Part shown: positions 41,131 through 59,365 of the stretch, in pieces
Layout of the letters: every line of letters begins with the position of its first letter
How positions within the stretch are numbered: the stretch's first letter is position 1
Origin: Eledone cirrhosa
Lineage: Eukaryota
Length of the DNA: 64,000 nt
Direction of reading: 5' to 3'
Assembly: GCA_964016885.1 (NCBI GenBank)
Contig: OZ024742.1
Location: 39,742,001 to 39,806,000 of the forward strand
Made by a program: the position numbers and the translations under genes
Notes under the pieces: model-generated
Databases searched by the model: none
Seen by the model: the letters and a program-made list of their open reading frames with translations, nothing else
What the model was told of the DNA's origin: nothing

Positions 41131-41747
41131 GTTGGCCTCAGTGTTGGTAGTTTATTTATCGTCCTCGAAAGGATGGAAGCAGGCTCGGCGAGATTTGAAC
41201 TCAGGGTGCAGACAATCGGAACGAACTCCATAAAGTATTTTCTTCATTGCCATAATGTCTTTTCCAATTCACTGCCTGTTTATTTTATTATCAATCTTAT
41301 CGGTTATCTAGTACTCTTGAGTGTTATCTTTTATTTATGATACCACATTTCATACATCATTTTGTATTATTTAATCCTCCATTACTTTATCAGTTCTTTC
41401 ACTATATCCCCAGCCCGCAGTATTTCCGGTCTACAACACATAAAACACGCAGTGTAACGTCAAAAGCAGAGTTTTATCGCATTAATCATATATATCCTCC
41501 TCCTCCTTCTCCTCCTCCTCCTCCTCATCGTCATCATCATCATCATCATCATCAACATTATCATCACCATCATCATTTAACGTCTGCTTTCCTTGTTAGC
41601 AAAATTTGGACATATCGTCATAGATCGAAGTTACTGACCTCGCTGATGAGTCAGTCAGAGGCCACAGCTCGCTTATATATGTTTTTTACAGGGTACATTT
41701 TAATGTGGCACAAGCACTAGTAGGGGTTGTCATACCTCTGGCACATA

Positions 41748-41897
<150 letters not shown>

Positions 41898-42029
41898 CAT
41901 ACACAAAACGCCACCACCAACAGCTTTGCAAGAGATGTCAACCATGAATGGACCTGTTATTTTTATCTAAATACATGTTTTCTAATTCCAACCCGCCCGT
42001 CCCCTCAATCTATCTTATTTCTCATTCTT

Positions 42030-42065
42030 TCTTCTGATGAAGGACTAGCATCCGAAACGTTAAGA
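42030..42065 (+). ncRNA. minimal type I hammerhead
   Basis: TCTT-CTGATGA-A-GGA-CTAGCA-TCC-GAA-ACGT-T^-AAGA within a ~260-bp island between (TA)n tracts. Confidence 0.8.
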
Positions 42066-42366
42066 CCCTCTTCCTGCTATATCAAGCGTTAACCTGATAT
42101 ATCCCTTCCATATACTGTACCGATTGTGTTGTTATTTCTGTTTACCTTTTACATACATACATATATATATCGACAGTTGATCAACTTTCGTCAAATCGGA
42201 CCGTTGGTCTAATACTATCGTGAAATAAAGTGTATTGCCCAAGGACATAACGCATCGCCTGGTCCGGGAATCGAATTCACAACCTCACGATTGCGAATCC
42301 AATTCTCTAACCACTCAGCCACGCGCCATATATATATGGACTCCTCTGGCTGCTGATGCGACAAAA

Positions 42367-42404
<38 letters not shown>

Positions 42405-42739
42405 TAGTTTATTCAATAATTTCAATAAATTTGTAAGTTACTGGAATAATAACAATAATTCTTTCTACTTTTGGCACAAGGCCAGCAAATTACCCAGTAC
42501 ATTACTGGTACTTTATTTTATCGACCCCGTAAGGATGAAAGGCAAATGCTAAAGCAGAGTGTATGAATTAAGTATAATATGACGATGTTTCCCGTGAATG
42601 TTTTCAACGATTATCGACTAGTTACGAATGTTTCACAGATGATTGGCTTATGGTCTTTATGTTATAGACCCGACTCCAGCACCAATTTGCTCATTAGACT
42701 TGGGTTTAGTTTGATTGACAAGCCTGATGAAGAGATTTA

Positions 42740-43600
42740 TGTCAATATAGTTGCCCTCTCAGTGACTCGGCTTGCTGACGATGGCCAAATCGAACAACCT
42801 GCTGGAGATTATCTCTTTTTCTGGAAAGGTAGAAAGCTTGAAGATCGAAGAGAAGCAGGTGTTGTATTCACAAATCCTATCAGAGTTGTCTGAGGTGTCC
42901 TGTGGTATCACCGATATAATCATGACACTCCGTCTTCATCTAAGTGAAGGTAGACACGCTACCCTGGTTGGTATCTATGCCCCTACCCTCGTCAGTACTG
43001 AGGATGTCAAGAACCGGCTTTACGAAGATCTCCGAAATTTGGTCTATTCCCAATTCAGACAAGATTATCCTTCTTGGTGACTTCAATGCCAGAGTTGGCA
43101 ATGATTGGCGGGCAAGAGCCTTGTTTCAGGGGGCTACCAGGAGACAAGTCCCCGCCCACTTTTTCAGGAACGGGGCACAAACCATCTTTTATCCCCCCTA
43201 CTTTTTCCCAATTTATTCAAACGTCTATATTTTATTTTTGTTTATTTAATATAATAAATTTTTTTAAAGTATATTTTTTAATATCTGAACTTCATTTGAA
43301 TATATAAAATTTAATTAGCGTAACATTTTACTTATGAGATAGGGTCCCAGAAAGGCACCATAAGCAATACTAACATGCTCCTTTAAGAATCAACAAATGT
43401 AGGTTTGTCCCACTCACATTTTTAAGGCAAACCAGGCTGCTGATTGGTGGACATGGAGTTGCCTTGGACGATTTGGTGTGGGTAAGGTAAATGACAACAC
43501 TTGCTCCTGCCCGAACTGTGCACTAAGCTGTTTATTTCCAGCACAATTCCAACACAAAGGCGACCGTGTAAAAACATGGATGCATCCAAGGTCTAAGCTA
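42740..43600 (+). pseudogene. RTE-clade AP-endonuclease fragment, interrupted by an insertion
   Basis: IVALS.TRL, YLFFWKG..REAGV, IYAPTL, IILLGDFNARVG, KTWMHPRSK. Confidence 0.85.
43115..43440. mobile_element. MITE-like insertion in the RTE fragment
   Basis: Termini AGCCTTGTTT / AAACCAGGCT; flanking direct repeat TGATTGGCGGGCA / TGATTGGTGGACA. Confidence 0.55.
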
Positions 43601-43734
43601 TATTTTTAACGATGTCTTCAAACTCGTTCAAGCACCTGATGTATTGGTTGCAAATCTGATTGCTCTTACAATCTGAGGAAATGGTCACAATTGGGCTTGA
43701 AACCATAGGCAGCACTTTTGTTTCGTATATGAAC

Positions 43735-43775
<41 letters not shown>

Positions 43776-43789
43776 TTAATATAGAAATG

Positions 43790-43838
43790 ACTTCTACAGG
43801 ACTAGAACTGTTTCATTCGGGAGAAATCATCGGGAAGT
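43790..43838 (-). ncRNA. hammerhead variant
   Basis: ACTTC-CCGATGA-TTTC-TCCC-GAAT-GAA-ACAG..CTGT-A^-GAAGT. Confidence 0.55.
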
Positions 43839-43920
43839 GTGTATGTGCGTATATATATATATATATATATATATAGTGACGAAACATAAGTCAATTGCAT
43901 GAACTCATAATCCTTTATTT

Positions 43921-43976
43921 ACTGCTATATATATTTCGATGATAGCCATCGAATGGGTATGACCTCATCAGGCAGT
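43921..43976 (-). ncRNA. type I hammerhead
   Basis: ACTGC-CTGATGA-GGTCATACCCA..TGGCTATCATC-GAA-ATATATAT-A^-GCAGT, then AAATAAA and (TA)n. Confidence 0.75.
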
Positions 43977-44895
43977 TAGTCAGTTCTTAGATATGCCAGC
44001 TCTGTGTTTGTAGTGTTGATGGTATCAGAGCCTTGGGACATATGAGCTTGTTAGGAATAATTTAATGTTGTCAGCAGGAACAGTCTTAATTCTCATTAGT
44101 CAGTTTGTAGATGCTAGTAGGGTTGGTATTTGACCTCAAAGAGGCAGGTGGTGTTGTAAAGTTCAAACCGTCGGGCAAGATGACAATAGTTCCATATGAC
44201 TGATTTTCACAAAAAGCATTCCTGGTCAGATATATATTCAATTAAGGTTAATAGTATGAAATAGATACCACAGGTCATTCTTAAATTGAGGAATTTATGT
44301 GGAGTGGTGCTACTGAAAATTATGGTTAGAGTAGAAAATTTACAAATAAAAAGACTTATGTAGGTTGGCTTGCACGTACACTCACACCCACCTCTACAGA
44401 CACACACACACATCCACACATACAAATTGAGGAATTAATGTGAGGTGGTTATACTTAAAATAATGGTTAGAGTCCAATACTTAGATAGTTTAGAAAATTT
44501 AGAAATAAAAGGCTTATGTTGGTTGACTTGTACATACACTCACACCTACCCCCTCAGACACACACACATCTACACACACAAATCCATACAGGTGTGTATA
44601 TATATATATATATGTACGCACAAGTATACATATATATACATAAAATACATATATATATATATAAAATATACATATGTATAAAAAATATATATATATATAA
44701 AATAAATATATATATATATAAAATATATACACATATAAAATATATACACACATAAAATATACATACATATATACATATAAAATACATATATATATACATA
44801 TATATATACATATATATATACATATACATATAAAATACACATATATACACACATAAAAAAATATATATATACCTATACTATATATATATATATAT

Positions 44896-47826
<2,931 letters not shown>

Positions 47827-49916
47827 TATATACATACACACACATACGAACAGCTCTCATGAAACGTTCATACTGTCTGTTTCATGAGATCAAGGAATAG
47901 AGGAGTAACACAAATCAACATGTAGAAAGACTATTTTGAGTTAAAAACTCAAAATAGGATATTCTCGGCTCCATGCGTAGAGTTAACTTTAGTCCCATAA
48001 AACCGGCTGCTATTTTTAGCGGCACGAGTATGAGACGCGCTAGGCGCTGTAATATGTGCGTTTATTCCAACACATAGTTCAGTCTTCTTAGATCTTTTGA
48101 AGTGAAAGGTACGAATTTCCTGGATACCCGCAGAAGAGCACAGGAATGGTGGCTTTCAGTTAATAATTGTTACGGAACAGATTTAGATCTGTCCGGGTAT
48201 CAAACGGCAGTTGCCCAATATAGGTTTGTTATTTTTATTGATTTATTACTTTAAATCGAGACAGGCAAACCATATTGTTTTAAATTAGTATTTTTTCAAC
48301 CTAGCTAACTTGGTCATTTGCAATTCGAACACATATATACTTGTATCTGTGTTCATCCCTCTCATATATTCAATTGTATTACACGGCTCGGAAAGATTCC
48401 CTTCCTTGAGCTATTTAATTATAAAAGACGATTTTGAGTTTCTAACTCAATATATGACATGTAGATAAGACGCTAGTTTATGAATGGGGCAATATTTTCA
48501 AACGGTGGGAATAAAGCACCTTCTCTTACCAGTTGAATTGGTGCACGTCAAATTTCAAAGATTCAGCATGTGATTGGAACTTAAGAAATACGAGCTGGCA
48601 AGACTGCCGAAAACTTTATCCACTTCACATCCTTCAACACAGACAAACGAACTTTCAAATTGACATATTCACCCCCCCCCCTCCCCAATAATTACAACTA
48701 CAAATACGACAAACATACAAAATATTTTTTTTAAATAAAAAAATAAAAATAAAAGGAAAGCTAAAGAAAATTGGTATAGAATTCCTTTTCCTTGATGTTT
48801 TTTCATTTTATTTCTAAGTTAATTTAGCTTACTTCTATTTTTCTTTACTCGAAATTAATTAATTATATTAATAAGTAAATTTAATAAATATGTAACGAAA
48901 ATTACAACTGTTTCAGATTGACTTTCGGTTATTATTGAAAATTACAGACAGGAATTCTTCTCTGATGACAAACACATGGAGAACTTCCAATAAAATGTCG
49001 GTAATATTGTGATATAAGTTCTTTAACATTCCCAATCTCTGCAGCTATACATTACATTTGAGTGAATTCGTCTGTAATTGATATACAGCATTAGTACGGG
49101 AAATGCTCTGTGAAAGCACGGGCCTTAATGGCTAGGGTGTTTTGCACAAGATCCTAAGGTGGTGAGTTGAATTCCTGAGAGCGCACTGTGGCCTTAGGCA
49201 AGACACTATATTTCGCGTTTCTCCAGTAATTCAAAGGGCCGCCCTTATGACATTCCGAATCTCCCTGAGAACTACGTTAAAGATGTCACATGACTGTGGA
49301 CTGTTTAACCACTTGCACGATAATTTTATGAGCAGGTTGTTCCGTTGATCAATTTAACAGGAATACTTTCATCGGAACTGATGCTGGTCATAACAAAATT
49401 CTATATTAAATGCTAGTAAGAAAAAAAAGATCTGTTAATCGGCGGAGTGTCAGAAACAGTTGTCCAGGATGTCTGAGGGGTTTAGAAGTTCGCCTCGTAA
49501 TAATAAGGTCCAGATTCGATTATACAGCTTCGCATCTTGGACAAAACTTCAGATCAACCCAAGCATTGTGAGTGAAACCGAGTTGGCGGAAACTGTTTGG
49601 AAACCAGTTGGATGGACTGTACTTGGTATACTGAATCTCATTGAGAATTACATTAAGAGTACTTGCATGTTAACAACTTGGGTATTCATCGTCGCAACCG
49701 ACGCAGTTCCATCTTCGATCCCGTAGAGCACTATATAGTTTATATGTTTTATTGTAATTTCTCTGTTTTGAATTGGATTTAAATTTCACCTCGGCCAATT
49801 TGCAGGGAGAGATTTGGCTGTTATTTCTAGCAGGTCAAATGCTGTCTCCACCGTTTTGATTTGTGCCGGTGAAAAGGTAGGGAGGGACATATATCATACC
49901 GTGCGATGAACTAGAG

Positions 49917-50157
49917 CAATGGTGGCCAAGCAATGACACGCGTGTCAGCATTGGCACGTGATGGTCTTTGAAATAAAAATCTCTTTGCAATATCATGTTT
50001 TATAAATAAAAAATAATAAAAATAATAATAAAAACTTATGCATAAGTATATACTTAAAACTAAAATATAGGTTTCCATATAAGTGACACGCCAATAACAG
50101 GATTATTAAAGAAATTAGAATTTCGACAAGCAAGGATAAAAATGTTCTCCATCACTG
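49917..50157. mobile_element. hAT-type MITE
   Basis: Imperfect TIRs CAATGGTGGCCAA / TTCTCCATCACTG with an 8-bp TSD-like pair AACTAGAG / AATTAGGG. Confidence 0.55.
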
Positions 50158-50955
50158 AATTAGGGATTCATTTTTTGGGCGAGGCCCTTCTACTGAGACA
50201 AAACATTGGTAGTTATCAGTTTTCATACGTATATACTGTAATCGGGACTGGCGCTACCATCAGGTCAACTAAACAGCTGCATAGGGCGCAGACCTCTGAG
50301 AAGACCATTACTGAATGAACCTGAAAGGATTTAGAGGTTTAATACATTTATAGATGTTATACATATTTCTATAATTCTCATAAACATATGAACATATAAC
50401 AACAAATCTTCCAGTTGTTTCAATCAATGGAAGAGTCTTTCTGGGAACTTAGCGTGCAAGTGTCTCAGCAGTCCACAGACGCGGGTACCTTAACGTAGGG
50501 AGTGTGTGCCAAGGTCGGCCCTTTGAATTACAGGTACAACTCATTTTTTCCCAGTTGAGTGGACTGGAGCTACGTGAAATAAAGAGACATACTGAAGGAC
50601 ACAATGCGCCGCCGAGAATCGATACATCTACTCTATTCTCTGTTTCGACACCTAAACCCCATACTTAACACTACACAATGAGGAATTCCACCGAATTCTT
50701 CTTGCGAGCATGAAATCTACAGAAGTATAAGTTTAAGATAAATTGTATCAGCTTCATCACAGTCTGGCTAGAACAGCAGAGGTTATGAACACTGCAGCGT
50801 TTTTCTTTTGAACTAAGTAATAAACACTCGCATACACACCACACATGCACATACACACGCGCGCAGACACGCAAACACACACACATGCACACACATATGT
50901 AATATGATATAATATAATATAATATAGTATATCCATACATACATACATACCACAC

Positions 50956-50986
<31 letters not shown>

Positions 50987-51030
50987 TGTATGTATGTATG
51001 TATGTATGTATGTATATATATGTATGTATG

Positions 51031-51138
<108 letters not shown>

Positions 51139-51312
51139 CATACATATATATATATAAAATACATATATATATATACATACATATATATATATAAAATACA
51201 TATATATATATATAAAATAACCATTAAAATGAATAATTCCTAGTAGGTTATCTCAATGAAATATCTAACGATGTTCAGTGGACAAGAAGTAGAGATAATC
51301 TTTCAAACTGAC

Positions 51313-51590
51313 GAAGAAGAAGAAGAAGAAGAAGAAGAAGAAGAAGAAGAAGAAGAAGAAGAAGAAGAAGAAGAAGAAGAAGAAGAAGAAGAAGAAAGGA
51401 AAGAAAGCTGGGGGTGGTGCGATGATGATAATGATAGTGACGACGACAATGTCGCGATGGTGATTATGATGTTGATAACTATGAAGATGATGAGGATGGT
51501 GATGATGAGGATGATGGTAGTGATGATGATGATTATGACGATAATTTTGATGGCGAGGATAATGATGACGAAGGTGTTGATGATGGCGCT
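51313..51590. repeat. (GAA)n followed by degenerate (GAT)n
   Basis: Direct inspection. Confidence 0.9.
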
Positions 51591-51897
51591 GACCTAGCAG
51601 AAGAAACATTCCTTAAAAGTATTGTTCCTTTTACAACAGTTTTTCGGATAAAGAAGCCAACTAGACGGGCAGTAAGAACAGCTTCTATTAACATATCACT
51701 TGAATAACATAACTGAAACGAAATAAACAGAAATTCCAGTTCTACATTTTACTATAACATCTAAACTTTGCGACACAAACAATTTAGATACAGGCGGCAG
51801 ATAAACTATGTGAAACCTCTCCGTGCTACATATTCATCGCTCTGATCGATCGGCAATCTCCCGGTAAGCTCCCAGTACACACACATATGTATACATG

Positions 51898-52072
<175 letters not shown>

Positions 52073-52433
52073 AGAGTATTGAAGTTTGCTTGAAGCATTG
52101 TGGAACATATTCAAAACAATAAACAGCGAAGGACGCGTTCCGGACTTGTCCGACAGACAACCTTTTCCCCCACCCCGGAAAAAAACCCGTTGATGGATGT
52201 GAATCCGAAATATATAGGGACTATTAAATCTCTCCCAAGGTAACTCTCTCTTGTGTTGTTATTTTAATTTTATCCTTTATACTCTTCCCTTCATTCTACA
52301 CATCTCACACATCTTATACACACCACGCTTCTCAACGTACACCCACTTACATCTCTCTCTCCACCACCGGACCTTGTTACCCGGAGATTTACCCATTTGC
52401 ATTGTCGAGGCTTCCAAACGACTTAAAGATATT

Positions 52434-52474
<41 letters not shown>

Positions 52475-52544
52475 TGAAGTTTCTGTTGAAAATTGAAAAA
52501 GTCATAGGAGTGAAGAGTGCTCTATGTAAGTTACAGAGCTAAAT

Positions 52545-55500
52545 TTAATGTATAATAAACAATACAATATAATTACCTCATTACCAGAGGTTTCCCGAAT
52601 AAGACGAATACAAGAAACGCCCTCATTCGTTCGTCAGATAAGGCAATTTAAAACATGGTGAAATATTTGAAAAATCTCCTCAAGAAAGGCAAAAGTTTAA
52701 TGGGCAAAAAAAATATATAAATAAAAGTAATGCAAGAGATATATAAAAATAAAATAAGGAAATATAGTTAGGGTATGTGTATAAATGTGTGTATATGTAC
52801 CTACAAATGTATATATGTTTGTATGTACAAATGCATATGCATAGTGAAAAAATGTGTTCGTAAGTACATACATGAGGGCAAGCATATCAGTGTATGTGTG
52901 ACCACAAATACGTATATAATATATGTTGAAAAAAGAAATTGTAAGATAATAGAGTTAGCGTACATAAAGACTCGGGGACTAAGGATTGAAATATATACAC
53001 ATACAAGTATGAAAGCACGCGTATAAACACACACACACGCACAATCACATACATGCATGTGATATATATGAAAGCATTAAATTTCGCTAGAAAGTTTATC
53101 AATATTTCTGATATTGAAGAGAATGTCATTTTGCATGCTAGAAACACTTTACTATTTACTAATAATGACACTTGAGTAAAAAAATGTAACCCAGAGAACC
53201 CATTCGATGTCTCAATTGGTTCTTTTGACAGTGCTGACGTGTGTGATTTAGTCGGCCTATCCCTCCTACACACTTAAAGAGAAATTCCCTAACCATACCT
53301 TTGGGCTTTATCGCGACGATGGTCTAATACTTTCCCATACCACCATAGGCCATAACTTAGATAGATTCAGGAAAGACTTAATAAAAACCTTCGCTAGTTT
53401 TAATCTTAGAATTACCATTGACACTAACCTTTCTAATGTTAATTTTCTAGATATAAACCTAGATCTGCCTACTGCTTCTTATAAACCGTACCATAAACCT
53501 AATGAAAATTTAAAATATATAAATAAAGGCTCTTGCCATCCTCCTATAGTTTTTAAAAATCGTATCCCTAATATTAGCCGTAAGATCTCCACCCTCTCTT
53601 CCTCAGAAGCTATTTTCAATAAGGCATCCCCCTACTATAGTAAAGCCCTTCAAAATAGCGGATTTAGCGAACCGATTAAGTACATACCCAACAATACTAA
53701 CTCCTTTAAACATAATAATAGGAAAAGAAAAATAATCTGGTTCATACCCACCTACTCTTTAGCAGTTAAAACTAATGTAGGCAAAACATTTCTAGAGTTC
53801 TTAGATAAACATTTCCCTAGAATACATAGATACTATAAGATCTTCAATAGAAACTGTGTCAAAATCAGCTACTCCTGCGGTCCCCCTATTAAATCCTATA
53901 TCCTCAATATGAAAATACCCAGAGAACATCAAAATTGCTCCTGTATAGTCAAAAGTGAATGCCCATTACAAGGTAAATGCAACACCAAAGCCATTGTATA
54001 TGCGGCTAAAGTGACAACCACCAGCAACAACCTACCAGCCACCAGCGAACGATATGTGGGTATGACACAAGACAAATTCAAAACGCGTTATTACTCACAT
54101 GTCGCATCTTTCCGACATCCTGAAAAAAGATTTTCCACAGCTCTGGCTAGCAGAATATGGGATTTGAAAGACCATATCCATTGGTATCCAATATAAATTA
54201 GATTGGAAAATTTTGAAGCAATCTAAAGAATATGCAAGAGGAACAAGAAGATGGGCACTCTGCATAAGTGTTGGATTTTACAGAACCTTAAATCACCAAA
54301 AACCTGCCTAAATGCAAAAACAGAAATGTTCACCAGTTGCCCACACATGAAATCCCACTTGCTTTCCAGCTCATATAAACTTAACTCACTTTCAGATACT
54401 TATCCTCCATAAACTCTTCTTCTTCACTTTCCTTAACTTACCTTCTTTACATACTTCTCTTTCTGATTTACTTTTATTTTTATTTTTAACTTTATTTTTA
54501 CTTCACATACACCAGTGACCCCCCCCCCCCCCGCTTTTTGATTCACTTACTTTATATCTTCACAATTTTACATATTTTACTTCCCCCTTTTCTTTCACTA
54601 CCTGATATCACTTGTCACTTGCGTTTTCAACCCCAGATATATTCTGTTGTCCTTCAGCCGCTTTTATGTATGTTTACTTGCGTATAATTTGTACTCATTT
54701 ATTCATACGGCTGGTTTTTATATTGTATGTATGCGTGTAAGTGTGCATATGTGTGTATACGCGTTTGTATATGTATACGAATGCATTCGTATGTGCGCGT
54801 GTATGTGTATATGTGTGTTTTTATATCTATATTTTTTACATACTTATATATATATGTGTGTGGGTATATGTATATATGTATATATATATATATATATGTG
54901 TGTATATATATATGTATATATATATGTATATATATATATGGTCGCGTGCGTACGTGTGATTAGATGTACATGTATGTATATATATGTGCTTTGTGTGTAT
55001 GTATGCGCGCTTTTGTATGTATGTACGCATGTATGTGCTTTTGTCTGTACGCATTTATATATATATTTTTATATATATATATGTGTGTACGAACCTTTGT
55101 ATGTTTTATATTTTTTCTAGTGTTACTTTATAATTGATAACCCCTCCCTCTTACTTTCTCTTTGATTTAATTTTTTATTCTCATATATTTTTTCATTTTC
55201 ATATTTTATATTTTTATATATGGATCGACCTTCAGCCTGACACTGCTTTGACTGATACACTCCCTTCCCTGTATATATCACATGCATGTATGTGATTGCG
55301 CGTGCGTCTGTGTTTATACGCGTGCTTTCATACTTGTATGTGTATATATTTTAATCCTTAGTCCCTGAGTCTGTATGTACGCTAACTCTATTATCTTACA
55401 ATTTCTTTTTTCAACATATATATATATATATACGTATTTGTGGTCACACATACACTGATATGCTTGCCCTCATGTATGTACTTACGAACACATTTTTTCA

Positions 55501-55790
55501 CTATACACATGCATTTTTCCATACACACATATGTACATTTGTAGGTGCATATACACACATTTATACACATACCCTTACTATACTTCCTTATTTTATATTT
55601 ATATATCTCTTGCATTACTTTTATTTATATATTTTTTTTGCCCGTTAAACTTTTGCCTTTCTTGAGGAGATTTTTCAAATATTTCACCATGTTTTAAATT
55701 GCCTTGTCTGACGAACGAATGAGGACGTTTCTTGTATATTCGGGAAACCTCTTGTAATGAGGTAATTATATTGTATTGTTTATTATACAT

Positions 55791-55792
<2 letters not shown>
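52545..55792 (+). mobile_element. 5'-truncated Naiad-like PLE with inverted pLTR
   Basis: 53065-54410 encodes FDVSIGSFDSADVCDLVG, GLYRDDGL, VNFLDI, KIIWF, CSC..CPLQGKC..IVY..YVG..FKTRY. About 52545-53068 is the reverse complement of the 3' end 55272-55792. Confidence 0.92.
55704..55768 (+). ncRNA. hammerhead in PLE pLTR (inverted copy at 52570-52641)
   Basis: TTGT-CTGACGA-A-CGAAT...ATTCG-G-GAA-ACCTC..GAGGT-A^-ATTA; stem I is weak. Confidence 0.65.
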
Positions 55793-55856
<64 letters not shown>

Positions 55857-55858
<2 letters not shown>

Positions 55859-56857
55859 AAATTAAGATTAATCAAAATGAATTTAATCTAAATCAAAATT
55901 ATGGGTGTCATGCCAGAAAGACATGCGCCATATCACCCGCAAAATAAGCTCTAAGATTCTAATGAATAGGTCCGAGCATTTTATAACAACTAGAAATTGA
56001 TTAACATATAAATAAACATGAATAATCACAGGAGCTAATTTTTACAAGTGTGTAAGCACACATAGTTAGGCAGGTAACTAAATAAAGTTAACCAGAACTT
56101 CAAAAATAGATACCTTATAATATGATTAATCTTCCCTGTATATATTCCATTAAAGAAATATATTTCACCAATTAATCGAATGGTAAACGGCGGATGCCGG
56201 TACTTGGATTTTCAACAAGGAAGAAGTCCAGCGATCTATGTTTACGCATTAAGTTCAAATTAGCGACTGACCAGTAACACGTGCTGTATCTACTAGAAAT
56301 ACCAGCTTCGTCACAGTGGCCTGAATAGGGTTATCGACGACTAGAAACAGCAGTCAAATCATTTCAACAGAGTTAGCTCTACAATTAAGGAGCCGTATTT
56401 ATATCTCTATATCCAAAATTAAGATAAATCAAAATGAATTTAATCTAAATCAAAATTATGGGTGTCATGCCAGAAAGGCATGCGCCATATCACCCGCAAA
56501 ATAAGCTCTAAGATTCTAATGAATAGGTCCGAGCATTTTATAACAACTAGAAATTGATTAACATATAAATAAACATGAATAATCACAGGAGATAATTTTT
56601 ACAAGTCTGTAAGCACACATAGCTAGGTAGGTAACTAAATAAAGTTAACTAGAACTTCAAAAACAGATACCTTATAATATGATTAATCTTAATGGAATAT
56701 ATACAGGGAAGATTAATCATATTATAAGGTATCTATTTTTGAAGTTCTAGTTAACTTTATTTAGTTACCTGCCTAGCTATGTGTGCTTACACAATTGTAA
56801 AAATTATCTCCTGTGATTATTCATGTTTATTTATATGTTAATCAATTTCTAGTTGTT
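55857..56857. mobile_element. second locus of the ~567-bp family (unit, partial tandem copy, inverted tail)
   Basis: Near-identical to 10391-11236; restart at about 56414 and inversion from about 56690. Confidence 0.8.
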
Positions 56858-56929
56858 ATATATATATATATATCCAAAGAAACACTGTATGACACTACGA
56901 CACCCCTACGACCCACCAGGCGTTATGGG

Positions 56930-56994
<65 letters not shown>

Positions 56995-57414
56995 TAGACA
57001 GTGCGGCACAAAATTAGCTCACCAGTAAAATATTTATTTTTGTTAGTAAATGTGATAAATGCTCATAATATGGTGATTATGTTGGTACGTGACGTTTGCG
57101 TCAACGTGTATATCATCACTGTTTAATGTTTATTTTTCCACGCTAGCATGGGTTAGACGAGTTGTCTCGTTGTGAGACAAGTCGGGTAAAGTGACCATAT
57201 CTTGCTCATGGGGCCAATATAGGAGCAACCTCCCCACGGCCCTGGGAGTATTGATAAGATACTGCTAATCCTATCACCACCATAAGCAACAGTTATAAGT
57301 GTGGACACGATAAGAAGAATCTTGCTCATACAGAACTGTTTCTGGCTTGGTTTCCACCACAGGAAGCCCTTCCAAAAAACCAACCATATTACGCGGATAC
57401 TAAAACGACCAATT

Positions 57415-57790
57415 GAGAGGTTGGACTGGGTGCTTTGTGTTGTGTCATCAACATGACCTCGTTACAAGATGGACTGGGTACTTTTTGTCGTTTCATCAAC
57501 ACAACCACTTTACAGGGTGGACTGGGTACTTTTTGTCGTTTCACCAACACGACCACTTGACAGAATGGATAGGATGCTTTTTGCTGTCACAAACACGACC
57601 ACTTTACAGGGTGGACTGGGTACTTTTTGTTGTGTCACCAACACGGCCACATTGCAGGCTGGGTTGGGTGCTCTTTTGTCATTTCACCAGCATGAGCACC
57701 TTACATGGTGGAGAAGGGCTACTTGCTGTGCCACCAGCATGACTACATTACAGGGTGGGCTGGGAGCGTTTAGCACCTTCAGTAGCATTA
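57415..57790. repeat. degenerate ~45-50-bp tandem repeat
   Basis: Recurrent GGGTGGACTGGGTACTTTTTGT..CACCAACACGACCAC.TTACA. Confidence 0.75.
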
Positions 57791-58259
57791 TGGGGAAACA
57801 TGACCAGCGTTCCGTGCTTGCATGTATGGGTTGTATCAGATGTGGAAGATGATCATTAGGACATGTATACATGATGAGGATTGGAGACGTAGGTTCAAGG
57901 TGTGATACTTAGTGTTAAGACGAGCGAGGTGCAGAAAAAGTGCTTCGTGGGAACAGCATTATGGAAGGGACCAGCAGATTTAGAACGTGTCCTAATGTCC
58001 ACGCTTGTATATAGGGGTTGGACATGATCAGAGAGGTACTATAATAGCGTGTAAGGTAGGGAGAGGATCAGGTGCACGGGTATTTAGTTGGTGAGGGCGA
58101 TGGCATTAAAACGTTTCAGCATTGTTGCTTCATCAGGCTACATATTTCATCTTTTGACCGTTTTCAGAGGTACTTTAGCCGAAATATTGTAGTCATCAAC
58201 ATTATGACGCATGCATTGTACCAGCGTCTAACTCCTTCAGATGTTTATAAACGCATATA

Positions 58260-58334
<75 letters not shown>

Positions 58335-58351
58335 AATATACATATATATAT

Positions 58352-58497
<146 letters not shown>

Positions 58498-58596
58498 GTG
58501 TGTATGTATGTATATATACATAGCTACTTATGCATACATATGTGTATATATCTGTGTGTGTGTGTATGTGTGTAGTGCGTGTGTGTGTGTACGGAC

Positions 58597-58709
<113 letters not shown>

Positions 58710-58768
58710 ATGTGTGTGTATGTATGTATATATACATAACTACTTATGCATACATATGTGTATATATC

Positions 58769-58800
<32 letters not shown>

Positions 58801-59023
58801 TAGTGCGTGTGTGTGTGTACGGACATATATATATATATATTCATATTCATATTACGTGCATACACATACATAATTAGTTTGGATTCGCAATCGCTGTTTG
58901 TAATTAGATTTTTGAAATTACACACACACACATACACACATGTACAAACACATACAGACACAAACACACACATATATATGTGTGTTCCTGTGTGCGTGTG
59001 TATATATACATATATATATATAT

Positions 59024-59071
<48 letters not shown>

Positions 59072-59277
59072 GTGGTATAATCACAATCTGTATCCGGAAT
59101 TGCTGTATGTAATTATTATTTTTTTTGCGTGAAAATGCGTATCATGTCCATCTAAGTGTACGTGTGTTTTTATATGTATGCGTAAATGTGCATGTACCTG
59201 TAATTTTGTGTATGCGTAAATGTGCATGTACGTGTAATTTTGCGTCTTTGAGAATTTGTGTGTATATGTATATATGT

Positions 59278-59365
<88 letters not shown>

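Noticed and set aside
52130-52222. Two hammerhead-like half motifs (GGAT-GTGA-ATCC-GAAATATATA-GGG; minus-strand GGAC-AA-GTCC-GGAACGCGTC)
   Set aside because: The core CUGANGA is missing or corrupted in both.
58106-58140. Minus-strand CTGATGA-AGCA-ACAA-TGCT-GAAACGT
   Set aside because: Core and stem II are good but there is no stem I partner; counted only as a degenerate relic, not called as a feature.
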